IMG/VR virus record: IMGVR_UViG_3300020204_000066
Location: 229-64,228 of that record
DNA from: a virus
Taxonomy: Duplodnaviria; Caudoviricetes
Strand: one strand, 5' to 3'
Length of the DNA stretch: 64,000 nucleotides
Under the pieces are notes generated by a model that was given only the letters and a program-made list of their open reading frames with translations, did no database searches and was not told the origin of the DNA. The translations under genes were made by a program, and so were the position numbers. Positions 42,001 through 52,700 of this stretch are shown piece after piece (within the stretch, counting starts at the first letter, position 1; each line of letters opens with the position of its first letter).

Positions 42001-44797
42001 AGATCTGTCCACTGGTTGCTATGATTGCAGTTCTTACATCTCCACCTTCAATTTGAGTAATCGTTTCTCCCTCGATGAATTCTCCTTTTACAGATGATAA
42101 GAATAATTCTTGACCGTATGATAGAGTTGCAGTTGTTGGATCAGTGCTTCCAATACTTAAACCACCTTCTACAACACCAGTAGCTCCACTAGATCCTCCT
42201 AGAATTACTGCTCCAGATGTAAAATTGTGGTCAAATTCAGTTATAAGTCTTGTGTAAAGAAGAGGATCGCTATAATGTAATTTGAAGGTGGTATTTTTAT
42301 TGGTATCTGATGATAACTTATAACTTTGAGTTGCAGAAGAATAATTTGTTGAGGTTTTTACAAATTTAAAATCTTTTGGAATTGCAAATCCCATCAAAGG
42401 AGTTCTATATTCGTTGTAATCAAAAATCTTTCCTAAGGATACTGAAAGAGTTCCGCTATTATTGATTTTAAAGACTTCAATTCCTTCTTTTAAGAAATCT
42501 ACATGCCACTTGTAACCATAAACAGTATATTCAGTTACTGATAACTGACCGACTGTTGTTTTATTGGCATCAGTTCTATTAATGCTTGATGACATTGAGA
42601 GAACTTCAACTGAAGCATTTGTTATAGTAGAACCACTAGTATACTGGAAATGTAGTAATCCATTATTTGATGTAATAGATCCCTTCAAATTGATAGGAGA
42701 AAAACTGGAAGTAGAATATACATATAATGTTTTTACACATTTGTTATCTTCAAAAATAGGTACTTCAGTTCCACTTACTCTTCTTCTAGTTAAAGTATCT
42801 TTCTTAGAAATACTAGAAATGCCAGTTACAGTAAACGTAATATCATTTGCTGGAGTAGTGCCACCAACAGCAGTTCCTAAAATCTTTACAGTTTCCCCAG
42901 ATACAAAACCAGAACCACCATTATACAAAGATACAGATTCAATATTTCCAGTGTTTGCCGATACTGTAGCAACCGAAAATGTTAAATTATCTGCAGATCC
43001 AGTTCCTCCAATTGCACTACCCGCAATTGTAATAGTATTTGTTGCTGAATATCCTTGTCCACCGTCAACAATGCTAATCTGACCGATTGCACCTGAAGAA
43101 TTTCTTGTGATAGTGAATGTTACTCCAGAACCACCACTGGGTGATACTGCACCTAGTACATTAGCATAAGTTTGATTTGCTTGACTTATGATAGCAGTAG
43201 CAGTAGCAGTTCCAATTCCAGTTACACTTCCTGCTCTCAAACGCTTTACGGTAAATGATGCTCCAGAACCAGCACTTACACTACTAGTAGGTGAACCCGC
43301 AACTGCAGTATATGTAACTCCAGCACCAGAAGAAACGCCAGTTCCACTAGGAGATGAAATCGTTGTGATTACACCACTACTTGATACAAGATCATCGCCG
43401 TTAGAACCAATAGTTCCATCGTTGAAAATCGAGAATAATTTTACCTTTTTATCTGCAGAAAGATCTGATCCAGCAAATGAAACTGGAGGACTTCCATATG
43501 CATTAAAAACATTAATATTAGTTAGTTCTTTTGATTTTACTCTGATATTCTCTTTCTTTTGAAAATCTCTTGCTTTATCAATGGTTATATATTTTGTAGA
43601 ATCATTGATTACTTCATAACCTTTGATATATGCTTTTCCAGAACCAACAGAAGCAATCATTTTTCCTGCTGCTTCTTCTGGACTTAAATTATCAGGTCCA
43701 ACTAATCCAGTTGAAGGATCTTTGGAATAAAACCCAAAATATTCATCACCTAGTTCGCCATCTTGATCAAAATATTCTCTAAGATCAATGTTAAAATTAT
43801 TTACTACATAATCACCAGATTCATCGTAAGTTCTTCTGGCAATAGTTTCTTCAATTAGCGAATATGCTTTAGATACAATTTCTCTTTGAATTTCTCCATT
43901 CTTGATAGTTAAAAGATGAATGAAATTAGAAGGTAATGTTTCATTGTACTCATAGACTGATAGGCTTAACCCAATAGAAAATCTATGAGATCCAGGAGCA
44001 GAAAAATTACTATATCCCTTAGAATTATCATACAGGGAAGAATCATCTTCAGGGAATACTTTTTCTTCAGTAATTAGGAAACCAATCTTTTTGGATGGTT
44101 TATTATAATATGGGTCGATAATTTTTAATTCAGATTCATTTCTGACAAAAAATCCATTAATAAAATAGATACCTTCTTGAATACTGATAGCAGAAGCTTT
44201 CCCTAGTGGGAGACTTTTTTCAGAAGTTGTAGTTTGTGTATCAGGATTTGTAACAGCAATTGCAGTGGGTTTTACACCTTCTTTACCTACAATAAATGAA
44301 GGATCATCATCAATAGTTGCATTTTGAATTTTTAATGTTTCACCTTCTCTGAAAATATTTTCAGTTGATTGTGAACCACTAGTAATGTACTTTACATATA
44401 GGGTGTCAGATTCGGTATCAGTTTCATCTCTAGTAGAAATTACAGTTGCTAGAATTCCTGAAGTTTGACCAACTAAAACTCTGCCAATTAGATTGGATAT
44501 ATCATATTTTTTGTAAATAATTTCGTTATTTACAGTTTGTGCTACCTGAGATACAGAAGATAGTTTTACATAATCAACATCTGTATTAAGTAATACCTCT
44601 CCAGGTATTACCATTTGTCCCTGCTTGAAAAAGTGTTTTCCAATACTCTCAATTTGATTTTGTAAAATTGATTGGATTGTGGTTAATTCTCTTGCTTGAA
44701 TTGAATAACCTGGACGGAATAAAACTCTATAGAAGTTTTTTGCAGCATCAAAATCGTCAAAATAAGGAGATGTGTTTAAATTAGTATTCTGTGGCAT
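36005..44797 (-). CDS. VrlC-like (DUF4815-type) giant virion structural protein (2930 aa)
   Basis: MPQNTNLNTSPYFDDFD, FYRVLFRPGYSIQARELT, RRTYDESGDY, RYTMKDIANLEKRIERLE and DPIAQTF motifs. Confidence 0.88.
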   Translation of the reverse strand: MPQNTNLNTSPYFDDFDAAKNFYRVLFRPGYSIQARELTTIQSILQNQIESIGKHFFKQGQMVIPGEVLLNTDVDYVKLSSVSQVAQTVNNEIIYKKYDISNLIGRVLVGQTSGILATVISTRDETDTESDTLYVKYITSGSQSTENIFREGETLKIQNATIDDDPSFIVGKEGVKPTAIAVTNPDTQTTTSEKSLPLGKASAISIQEGIYFINGFFVRNESELKIIDPYYNKPSKKIGFLITEEKVFPEDDSSLYDNSKGYSNFSAPGSHRFSIGLSLSVYEYNETLPSNFIHLLTIKNGEIQREIVSKAYSLIEETIARRTYDESGDYVVNNFNIDLREYFDQDGELGDEYFGFYSKDPSTGLVGPDNLSPEEAAGKMIASVGSGKAYIKGYEVINDSTKYITIDKARDFQKKENIRVKSKELTNINVFNAYGSPPVSFAGSDLSADKKVKLFSIFNDGTIGSNGDDLVSSSGVITTISSPSGTGVSSGAGVTYTAVAGSPTSSVSAGSGASFTVKRLRAGSVTGIGTATATAIISQANQTYANVLGAVSPSGGSGVTFTITRNSSGAIGQISIVDGGQGYSATNTITIAGSAIGGTGSADNLTFSVATVSANTGNIESVSLYNGGSGFVSGETVKILGTAVGGTTPANDITFTVTGISSISKKDTLTRRRVSGTEVPIFEDNKCVKTLYVYSTSSFSPINLKGSITSNNGLLHFQYTSGSTITNASVEVLSMSSSINRTDANKTTVGQLSVTEYTVYGYKWHVDFLKEGIEVFKINNSGTLSVSLGKIFDYNEYRTPLMGFAIPKDFKFVKTSTNYSSATQSYKLSSDTNKNTTFKLHYSDPLLYTRLITEFDHNFTSGAVILGGSSGATGVVEGGLSIGSTDPTTATLSYGQELFLSSVKGEFIEGETITQIEGGDVRTAIIATSGQISHFVVMETGAGYPTAGTRAKLNGRIWPNSIINVSMQGTTDPGISSVSIGAGTEVALGRELLRENYDIPPEVIFDLPVGASAPTTDAKIRVVLFQETIKVYAPEDIKSFGLIHSPSNYKFTADINIVENDLNTFTPLNNGIPYSAPSGATYLECDSTGVLTKTEVKVGDLIQVSADNGVTRKYIVSGTTNPTSTQRARILLDSIVLENITSKTVTNIKAKVNGAETSTLVFPLGDKEIKSVVENDVNSEISYFFRKDFVETIQSSSNQSVLFKAQLPFGVQRFASFTKDSYLLTVLNKGNLTNFQNGDIIELFENQVTINTTTNNQGLSSGSIDIVFTQTFFQGSLSGVKLKLTATVEYTDAKPKLKKFVENKRIRVLSDFANNVIPLRGTDHDVPGAIVSYPDASKIRYIYEGTGGSSVAQIDAEGNLISSNGKDVTNNYIFDNGQRDTIYDVARIILKPGYPAPKSPLIIGFDYFEHSDGDFFVVDSYVHEDGISHDLVPDFESSVNGKISLRDCIDFRVKVSNDSTLPSFSNATALNSTVYDLNTSQGAIVSHLIASDTGLPYSFGCNYSHYVDRIDCVYLDRTGKFIVRKGSPSTNPQRPDQIQDGLPLYYLYISAFTKNAKSVKVLPIENKRYTMKDIANLEKRIERLEQYTLLSVLEQDALNVQIKDSITNSERFKTGFVVDTFTSYQTSDVQSLDYKCSLDLTRGNCRTENSEYYLNLEETALTDADRSSNNYVKTGNLITLPYSNVVAIQNNFSSNFININEFLLAQYDGHISLYPFLDEWFDDTTKPFVTNDLSLTVTPIVSELNTINALDKIFDVFTNYWIGVDKKEILSNNSALSQTTSLSTVSLASNSSTSSLGNFNGFVPSGSSTSTSTDKQISSLLTFYIRSKAIKFVVRGLKPNTKVYAFFDGRDVSRWVNPDATFNGIPASSLTGYGAPIITDDTGNLSGIFLIPNGYPPISGTSHNEDITLIAYDTSASREVFSVGEKLFKLSSSPTDPLDQNLPATYALTKFIALPFSQENKQIISPSSIFTYNESGTKRTDTIISKQYNKDRTIDPIAQTFKIENFTSGIFATSLDLFFQSKDANLPVRVKLVTTENGKPTKNVIPYSETTLDTDTFLRIRTNKTISLVLNEQVQGNKTSASGPIKKILSSTGVEVAASTSGTVSIDPNQVYTMVLSNHNGKSFEQGENLLIPSVTTYNITNNDTVTVSIVRDSGYVKKIVMTDFGTSYSSPTTVSLNSPALPGGVTATATPIVSDGKVFEIEIGSSGSEYMDPPSVLITGGPGSGAKAEAVIEYNKKAVRMGVATSTDATISTKFIFESPVYLENDKEYAFLIETSSKNYNIWLSTLGSTIVNSSSSITTQPLVGSLFRSQNSDVWTESSSEDITFKLNRASFSVATTANVTFKNESLGYEVLEQNPVETYGTDVLSPTTSSTLFGGNPTYIKISHKNHGFVPGARVVLKNVPASGINGVTFNTLNNVILEVKEVGLDYYICSVNSTATTTGFSGGLSIKSSHNRKFERLFLQQNSLTFDQTTATYSLVTTDAKPVDNDSITYNYRQNLSQTGNVKTVDIIPNQITYFTTQKAILSPLNQIFYKNDLPEEDSLRYNMSFSTSLENLSPVYDVETTSAVISTNRIDNPIGDSDRFGRRDQQITFYRTVLIPITDGTLPSGITLGAGLISISTDSTPAFVVGKSSNTVGKIVAFTSSTIYARVTEGDIFIKGEGLEFVGNNLDWNPTSGSSSGTKTVTVGGQPVTYTTPLVVSAENTEYQINFPINSTIQHKNFNASTSAIKAKGKVTKWDGSNKTATLLQEAASNPNSRSTSDIFRVGDVITYIPSSGPTVDLEIKSTVFENGVLFVPEDKNNSSSACKYVTKEIALANGSTGINVTINALLNSVDNIKVYYKHKYSSDKVFAEIDWIPFNGDGSSDNNIIVTPSTILSPLTENPNSYKELKYSVQNLSEFSSFAIKVVLTSDNPVFIPKLKDIKCIATI

Positions 44798-44838
44798 TTT
44801 TTCCTCTTATTTTCAAGCATGGACAAACAATTAATTAA

Positions 44839-46659
44839 TTAGAATTCAACTACAAGTTTGATATCTTCAATCTGGTCTTGAGCTCTGGTAATAGGTCTTC
44901 TATTTTCTACGTAAATAACATCGCCAGAATATTTCTCAATTTCTGCTAAAGCAATACCATCTGTGAAAGTCATACCGTAGTAAGTTGTAACACCAGCAGT
45001 ATTATCTGGAAGTGCTGCAATCAGAGATGACGCTCCCACAACATTTTGCTGATTATTTACAAATGCTCTTACCTTTCCACTAGCATCAGTGTGCTTTTGT
45101 GGAGACTGAATGTACTTTAGAATTCCGTAGTCAATAACACCAGTTGAACTATTGACATATGGCGTCCATGAAACTACAGTTCCCTTTGCAATATAAGTTA
45201 CACCACTTACAGTGTAAGTTTGAGTGATTTCTTCATCAACTTGATAATTTCCACCAGGAGTTTTGATCTTAATGCCATTCAGAGAACTTAGAGTACTAGA
45301 TGTTGCAAAAGTGCTAGTTCCTCTTAGTTTAGGATCTACTAGAAGACCAATTCTTCTGAAATCATTATCTGTAACAAAATCGCCACTTCCTTCTGCATAC
45401 TCTAAACGAGTATTGATCATCACTCTCTTTCCACCTAGTTCTAGGATAGGATCTGATCCATGTCCTCCTTGTGGCGAAATAACTACATCAATAGCACCAT
45501 TAGTAGCATTATTGTTAGCATCAATGCTGACCTGACCACTTAGGTTTGAACCAGTTAAAGTACTATACCAAACAGAGCTTGATGTAATATCAACTTTACC
45601 ATATTTGTATCCACTACCTCCAGATACCACGTCAATACGTGATAGTTGGTTATTTTCTACAACTAATTTTACAATCGCTCCTGTTCCATCACCCTTTACT
45701 TCTTGATAGTACGTTCCGTTATCATATCCTGTTCCAGCAGATGTGATCAGAGCAACATTAACCTCTCCATTCACTGAAGTTGTACCTCCAGCAATGATGG
45801 GAATAAAGTCGGTAGAAACAAATTTCAATACCGAAGAAGTTGGGATGGTGTACATATATCTCCAGATATATGGTCTCTTACTATCCGATGGTCTTCTTCC
45901 AGTGTTTGCATCAGTAGTTTCGATGAAAATATCTGGACCGCCAGCAGTTTTAATTGGTTCTTCAATTGAAACTACACCATTTACATCAGTTGGAGTTTGT
46001 CCATTATAGAGACACTTGAACACTTGATACTGACTATTCATTATATAAAACTTAGACTCATATAATGATGATTTTTGTGTTGCGCCACTAAGTTTTGCGG
46101 AAGAATAGTCAGGCTTATACATATCATAAACCTGAGATGACCAGTTATATCTAGTAACTACGTGAATGATGTCATCATTAGTAACTCTCTTTAGAGCAGT
46201 CATGTCATCATATACTTCAAATTTTTCCTCAAGATTGTCGAAAGGAACAATAGGATTGCTGTCAGTTCCAGATCTGAAAATACCAGCTTTTGCTTGACCA
46301 CCGCTAGTATTTCCCTTGATAGTGAGACCTGAAGAGAAAGTTCCTGTTACGTTTGTTAGCAATAGACTTTGTGGGAAGATTTTCACCACAGTTCCCTTCG
46401 CAGTAGCGGAAGCTAGAGAAGATCCTTGATAAACTTGCTCATTAATTTGAAATGATGACAAACTTACATCTGGAGCATAGTATTCTAGGTAGCTGTTCCA
46501 CTCATTAGGTCTTCCAATGAAGAAGTACAATCTAGTTCTTTCTGTGCCAGCTTCTGCTGCAGCAGCTGCAGAAGGAGTGCTAGTAGCAGGTTCTGAAAGA
46601 GATTCTACAAATTGTTTTGCGTTAAAAACTCTGAATAAATCAGTAATGATTGCTGACAT
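44839..46659 (-). CDS. g8: baseplate wedge subunit gp8
   Basis: MSAIITDLFRVFNA, YQVFKCLYNG, WRYMYTI and SGDVIYVENR..ITRAQDQIEDIKLVVEF motifs. Start moved to the ATG at 46659. Confidence 0.92.
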   Translation of the reverse strand: MSAIITDLFRVFNAKQFVESLSEPATSTPSAAAAAEAGTERTRLYFFIGRPNEWNSYLEYYAPDVSLSSFQINEQVYQGSSLASATAKGTVVKIFPQSLLLTNVTGTFSSGLTIKGNTSGGQAKAGIFRSGTDSNPIVPFDNLEEKFEVYDDMTALKRVTNDDIIHVVTRYNWSSQVYDMYKPDYSSAKLSGATQKSSLYESKFYIMNSQYQVFKCLYNGQTPTDVNGVVSIEEPIKTAGGPDIFIETTDANTGRRPSDSKRPYIWRYMYTIPTSSVLKFVSTDFIPIIAGGTTSVNGEVNVALITSAGTGYDNGTYYQEVKGDGTGAIVKLVVENNQLSRIDVVSGGSGYKYGKVDITSSSVWYSTLTGSNLSGQVSIDANNNATNGAIDVVISPQGGHGSDPILELGGKRVMINTRLEYAEGSGDFVTDNDFRRIGLLVDPKLRGTSTFATSSTLSSLNGIKIKTPGGNYQVDEEITQTYTVSGVTYIAKGTVVSWTPYVNSSTGVIDYGILKYIQSPQKHTDASGKVRAFVNNQQNVVGASSLIAALPDNTAGVTTYYGMTFTDGIALAEIEKYSGDVIYVENRRPITRAQDQIEDIKLVVEF

Positions 46660-46688
46660 TAGTAATTTCCTTATCTCTAAAAGTGATT

Positions 46689-46702
46689 TATTTATATTTA
46701 TA
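46689..46702 (-). promoter_or_regulatory. two overlapping late promoters (TATAAATATAAATA)
   Basis: Consensus at 46702-46695 and at 46696-46689. Confidence 0.75.
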
Positions 46703-46718
46703 CTGTATAGCAACAGTA

Positions 46719-49700
46719 TTAAACTAATAAACGAATTGTCGTTGTAGCAAAGTTGAATGCCCTGGCAGTACTTGCAGAACGAGTGCAACCAAATAAAGTG
46801 TTATTCAACGCACTAGTGTATGTAATCTCTTCAATACTATTATTTTGAGTATCTGCAAGTAGTAATTTTCCACCACCAGCAGGTAATCCTTTATCACTAC
46901 TTACTAAAATAGTAGATGATATAGTAAATGATGGATTTGATCCATCTACCAAATTCTGCCCAAGTTTAGTCATTATAGTAATATCTGATGCATAATTAGA
47001 TCTAAATCTAGAGGTTTCATTTGTTCCATATACAGATCCAGATCTAATATCAAAATCTTCAATCTTTAAATTTGGATATAGATTGGAGAAGTAACCAATA
47101 GTTTGAGGTACTCCTAAATTAATAACTCTTCCATAACTATCGGTATGTGATGGTTTTTCAGATTGAGTAAATTTAATATTTTCAAAAGTCTTTAGAGTAT
47201 ATCCAAGACTTCCTTCAGTGTAAACAACATTAAATCTTTCTGCAGAAGGATAGAAAGCATAATATTTATCAATGATACCAGTTGCATAAATTTTATCTAC
47301 GCTTATAGTTTCTGCATTAATCAACTTAACAAGTTTAATTTCAGCACCAGAAGTCCAAACCATTGTCTGCATATCAAAGTCAACTTCCATTAACTTAGAA
47401 TTTGCTACTTTTGGTGTTAGAATATCAACTAGTTTTGTTGGTAATTTTTCAATTCTAACCTCAGAAGGAACTTGAATATTTTTGATATATTTAACAATAG
47501 GACTTTGAGGACCAACTTTAGATTTTACATCACGAACAGTAACAATACTTCCAATTTGATTTAATCCAGCAAGAATTGCAGTAATATTGACACTTATTGG
47601 ATTTGGAATATTAGGGTCAAAACTACTATACTGTTTACTGTAAGAGATTGAATTTTGATTAGAAATTGTAAACTGTCTTCTGTATAGAGGAGATTGTTTT
47701 AGAATGTCAAATCCTCTAACAAATAGTACTTCTGGTGGCACCAGATATCCAGCTCCAGTCTTAACAACTTCAACATCAATTAATTCTCCTCCCGAAATGA
47801 CAGCATTTGCTACTGCACCACCCCCAGTTGGAGGTAGTAAAATAACTGATGGATTGATAGAATCACGCTTCTCTTTATTACGGAAAACTATCAATGGAGT
47901 TGTTTCATAATTATATGATTGTGGTTGAGGAACATTTTGTAAATCATTGTAGTAAGTTGATCCTGGAGGATATTTCTCAGAATTGATAGTATCTAATAAA
48001 ATTTCATCACTATTATTGTTGAAGAAATTTTGCAGATCTCTCTTATTAGGAATGATTAAATTAACACCCGCTTCTTTCAATGATTTTTGAGAAACAAAAT
48101 ATCTGTTGGTGCTTGAAATGTAAGTACGATAATTTTGCTTGAATGGGGTTGTTTCTGTCACAGAATACGAGGCACCATCTATCGCTGTGGTGTACACTGA
48201 AACTGCTCTTTTCGATAGATAATCATTTTTAATAACTGCTTGGAAAATTATTGGACTAGTAGTGTTATTTTCTACACTATATTGTCTGATGATTGTTCCA
48301 TTTACAAAATCAGTTTGAAGTGCAGTTGCAATATTATCCAAGAAAATTACTCGATCAATCACCACCTGAGCAGATGCACCAAAACCTTTGCTAGAGGATG
48401 ATGTTTGAGATAGATTAATAACTTCTTGATATTCTCTTAAATTAAATGATGTTGTTGGATCTGCAGTTGAATTACTTAACAGAGAAGCTTCTGATGGAGC
48501 ATACAAAACTGTTCTAGGCTCACTTTCTCCATCAATCAGAATTCGATCCCCAGCAGCAATATTGTTATTAAGAGTGCCCCATTTCTTAGGATATACAATT
48601 TCTCTTAAATCTGCATTTTTAGCAGAAGTTGCAGAAGTTGTAGTCGCGGTAAATGCATAACCAAATGAATAAGGATCAATAACAAAAGCAATTTCTGCGT
48701 TGGTAAACAGATATTCATTTCCAATAACTCTATTCAAGAAAATAGAACTTATTTCAATATTTCCATTTGTGGAATTAACATTGCGTACTTCAGTTGCTAC
48801 AAAACCTTTTGCAAATGATTCTTGATAACTATTTGCAGTATAAGTTTGACCATTGTATGTGTAAGATTTTACGTAGCAATAGAAAATATTTTCAATGCTA
48901 GTATTAACGAGAGGAGCAGATAAAGAAATTTGAACTTCTTTGTCATAAAGTTCAGTTTCGGTATTGAATGCAGAAAATGCTCTTCCAGCGTCTAATCCAT
49001 AATAATTTAAGATAAAGCATTTTGAACCTTGTCTAGGAGGAACTGAAAATACAATTGTATCTGCTGAAATGATGTATGAAAGATTTGGTTTTTGAATTAC
49101 TCCATCTAATACTACCAATAAAGATTCTGGACCTGGAGCATTAACTGCAACACCAGATCTAGTCAATTTGAAAATATTTCTACCTGTAGTTTCGTCAAAT
49201 AGAACTGAAATATCATCTAATTTAAAGTAATTTCCATGAGTAAAAATGTGAACATCTGTGGTCAGATTATTCTGGGAACTTCTAAATTTCTTAGGCGGTT
49301 CTGCAAACTTTATCTTTGCACTACTTACTCCAATTTTAGGAGTATCGTCAATTTCAAAATTAGGGGTAATAGTAAATGCTGTATCAGGTTCTTGGATAAC
49401 TCCATCAACATAAACTAATAGAGTAGTATTTTTATTGATATCAATATCAATATCAAATTCTGTAGTTGAGTTATCAATATTAAGTGGGAATATTTTATTT
49501 GCAATAAATGCAGTTGGTGATGATTTTATACCAAAATTAAGTGGATTATTTAAGTAATTTACAAAAGTACTGACAATACTAGTTACTTGAGTTTGATTGC
49601 CTGTAAGAACTGGAGTTTGAGTTTTATCAAACAACCAAGTTACTGGTTTGAATGCAATCGTACTTTGATACGTAGTTGATGGAGCAGTATTTGTAGAAAT

Positions 49701-52700
49701 TACTGAATTAATAATATCTCTACATTTGTTAATAATACTGATAGTTTGCGCCTTTTCATTAGCAATGAACAGTATACTACCAAGAGGAACTCCAGTGACA
49801 TCATCGAATTGAATATACGACTTTAAAACCTCCATGGTTTTTTCAGTTCCTTCGCCAAGAATATCATCCGCAAATGCAGTTAATATAAAAGAAAGGTCAC
49901 GCTTGCATTTGTTCCTATCTGGATATACAAATGATGGATTGTTTTGATCAAACCAAGATATTGATTCTTCAATCAACCATGATATATTTTCTCTAATAAT
50001 AGTTGCAGTGAAATTTCTTTCTTCTCTATAGTTTCTTACTTTTTGCAACTTAGTTGCATTTAAAGTAATATCAACAAATCTTCTAGAAATAGCACCAAAT
50101 GACTGGCGAATAATTTCACCACTCACGGGATCTGTATACATCTTCGGAGCAGAAGTGAATACTATGGTGCTAGAATTTGGAAAAACTCTATATGACTTTA
50201 ATGGAATTTGAGGAACATTGTCAACAGTGACAATTAATTCGTTTTCATTCTGTATAATGAATGGAGCATTTGTAGAACCATCAATTAATGTAAATGTTGT
50301 TCTAGTTCCATCTATTTGTTGTTGTAATGACAGATTTGTAATTTCTAAATCAGGAGTTTTTGCGGATACCGATCCAATAGCTCCCTGACCTCTACGTTTC
50401 TTTACTTGATTTGTAGATACACTTGAAATCGTAGTTTTTATTGATTTATGTTGTACGATTACTTTATTTTTCTCGGGATCCCAGAGGTTGATAACCGACA
50501 CCAAAGTTGCAGAACCATTGTCTATAGTTCTTGTTGGAGTGGTTATTGTTTTAGGTAATAAAGCACTGCCAAAAGCATCTAATAAAAGTTCTCCAAAATA
50601 TACAAATCCAGCAGGGTGTATATTTTTCTTGATATATTCTCTCCAGTCATTAATACTAATATTAGAACGAATAATATATGAGTAGTCTTGGTAGACTTGA
50701 CCATCTTGTAGTTTTGTTGATCCTACATTCAGTTTTCCTTTATCACTGAAAAATGTTCCTACGCTATCAGATTTTGTATCAACATCAGCAATGAAATCAG
50801 AAACCAAAACTTCTTTTACTAGTGCTGTGTTATATTTTGTTTTACCTGAAATATTAAATCCAGATTGAAATTCTCCAGAAAGAATTTCTACCCTAACAAT
50901 ATTTGAACCATTTCTCCATGATGTAATAATACCAGTAGCAATTTGTACTCCCTGAGCATTGAGTTGACTGATCTCTTCTCCACTTACAAAACTGTCATAA
51001 TTAACATTCTGTAGAATTAGAATTGCTGGGGTTGTAATTTGAGGTTTTAATGTGTAGTCAGTGGTAAATCCTACTCCACCTGATAGTAAATTAAATGTTT
51101 TTAAAGATCCAATACTTGATCCATAAGCATATACTTTATTATCAGTCTCCAATACTATGATATTTGGAGTTGATGAATATTCTTGACCTCCATTAATAAT
51201 TTGAACTTGTCCTATTCCATTTGTAGGAGTTTTTAGAATATTAAATTCAGCACCAGACCCACTTTGATCAATTACAATAATTCTAGGGTTTGAGTATCCA
51301 AACCCAGGAGAAATGATATTAATAGATGAAATCTTTTTAGTAGTAGGATTGACCGTGCAAGTAAGACTTGCTGCATTGATGCCACTCAGGACAATTCCTT
51401 CAATGATAGGAACTTTAGTATAATTAAACCCACCATCAACAATATCAATTTTATCAATCAGTCCGATTGCATTTACCGATGTTGTAGTATATGAAATTGA
51501 AGTAAATCCTTCCTTTGGTGGATTTGAAGGTAATGAATAAAAGATACTATTATTTTCTGCATAAATTACTGTTTTTTCTCCATCATAAGCATTTGATACT
51601 ACATCAAATAAGTTTTCAGCATTATTAGCACCAATTAAATAATTCTTTTCTGAATAGAATACACTTTCAGGAATTTCTGGAATATTTGATGTGATTAGAG
51701 TGTTTGCATCTTTTAATAATCCCAATCCTAGTTTAATCACTACATAAGCACCATTAATTCCTGGTGCAATATTGTTTTGATATACCGTTAGTAACTTTGA
51801 AGTTCTTTCTGAGTTATTGAAGAACTCTAAGGTGGTATTAGTTAATGAATTATCGCTAAGATCAAATACATATTTGTATTTTGGAATTAAAGTAATTTTA
51901 TTTGTATAATTCCAGTTTGCTTCAATATTTGATACTGTGATATTCTTAAATTCATACTCTAAACGTTCTGCCTCTGCTATTCTAATCTTTACATTTCTAT
52001 TGTTATTATCTTGGAAAATTTTCTGGGCAGTTAAGAACGCAGCAGAATAGTTTATACCATATACAACTTCTAATTTATTTCCAGTTTTTGATTTGATAAA
52101 GAAGTTTTCATTTGTTGTTGTTTGAATTTGAGTATTGAATGATAATGTATAATCAGGTTCAAATAGAGTTACTACAGTTTCGTTAAAATGATCCGTTGCA
52201 GTAGTATTTGCAGATCCTCTAGAAACAGTTAATGTTCTAGCATTTCTATCAATACCTGTTACAGTAACAGTTTCAGTTCCTATTTGAATTTTATCATTCA
52301 AAACAAAATTATCGGTTGGAAATACTCCAACTTTTGAATTATTTTTTAACTTAATTAATGTATTAGTATTTGAAAATCCTACATGTAAAATTTTAAATAC
52401 TGCTCTTGGGAAACTTGGATTATTTTGCTGAGGAGCATTTTGACTGGATGGATCTATAGTTAGTAAAGTGCCAATTGAATATCCATATCCTTTACTAGTT
52501 TCAATAATTTGAATAGATGAAATATTTCCATTTGCATCTACTACAATATTTGCTTTAGCATTGCCAGGAAGTCCTACCGCACCAGTAGTGGGAGTTGTTA
52601 AGTTTTGATTGGAAAATACAAGTTCAACATTATTATAAGTTCCTGGAACATAGGATTCGCCAGAATTAAGAACTTGCAATTTACCTATTCCAGTATCTTC

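Noticed and set aside
46660-46788. N-terminal extension of g8 in the ORF track; likewise g16 (18532-18576) and the ORF extension at 63376-63453
   Set aside because: These extensions overlap upstream genes or promoters, and the conserved or promoter-consistent starts are downstream.
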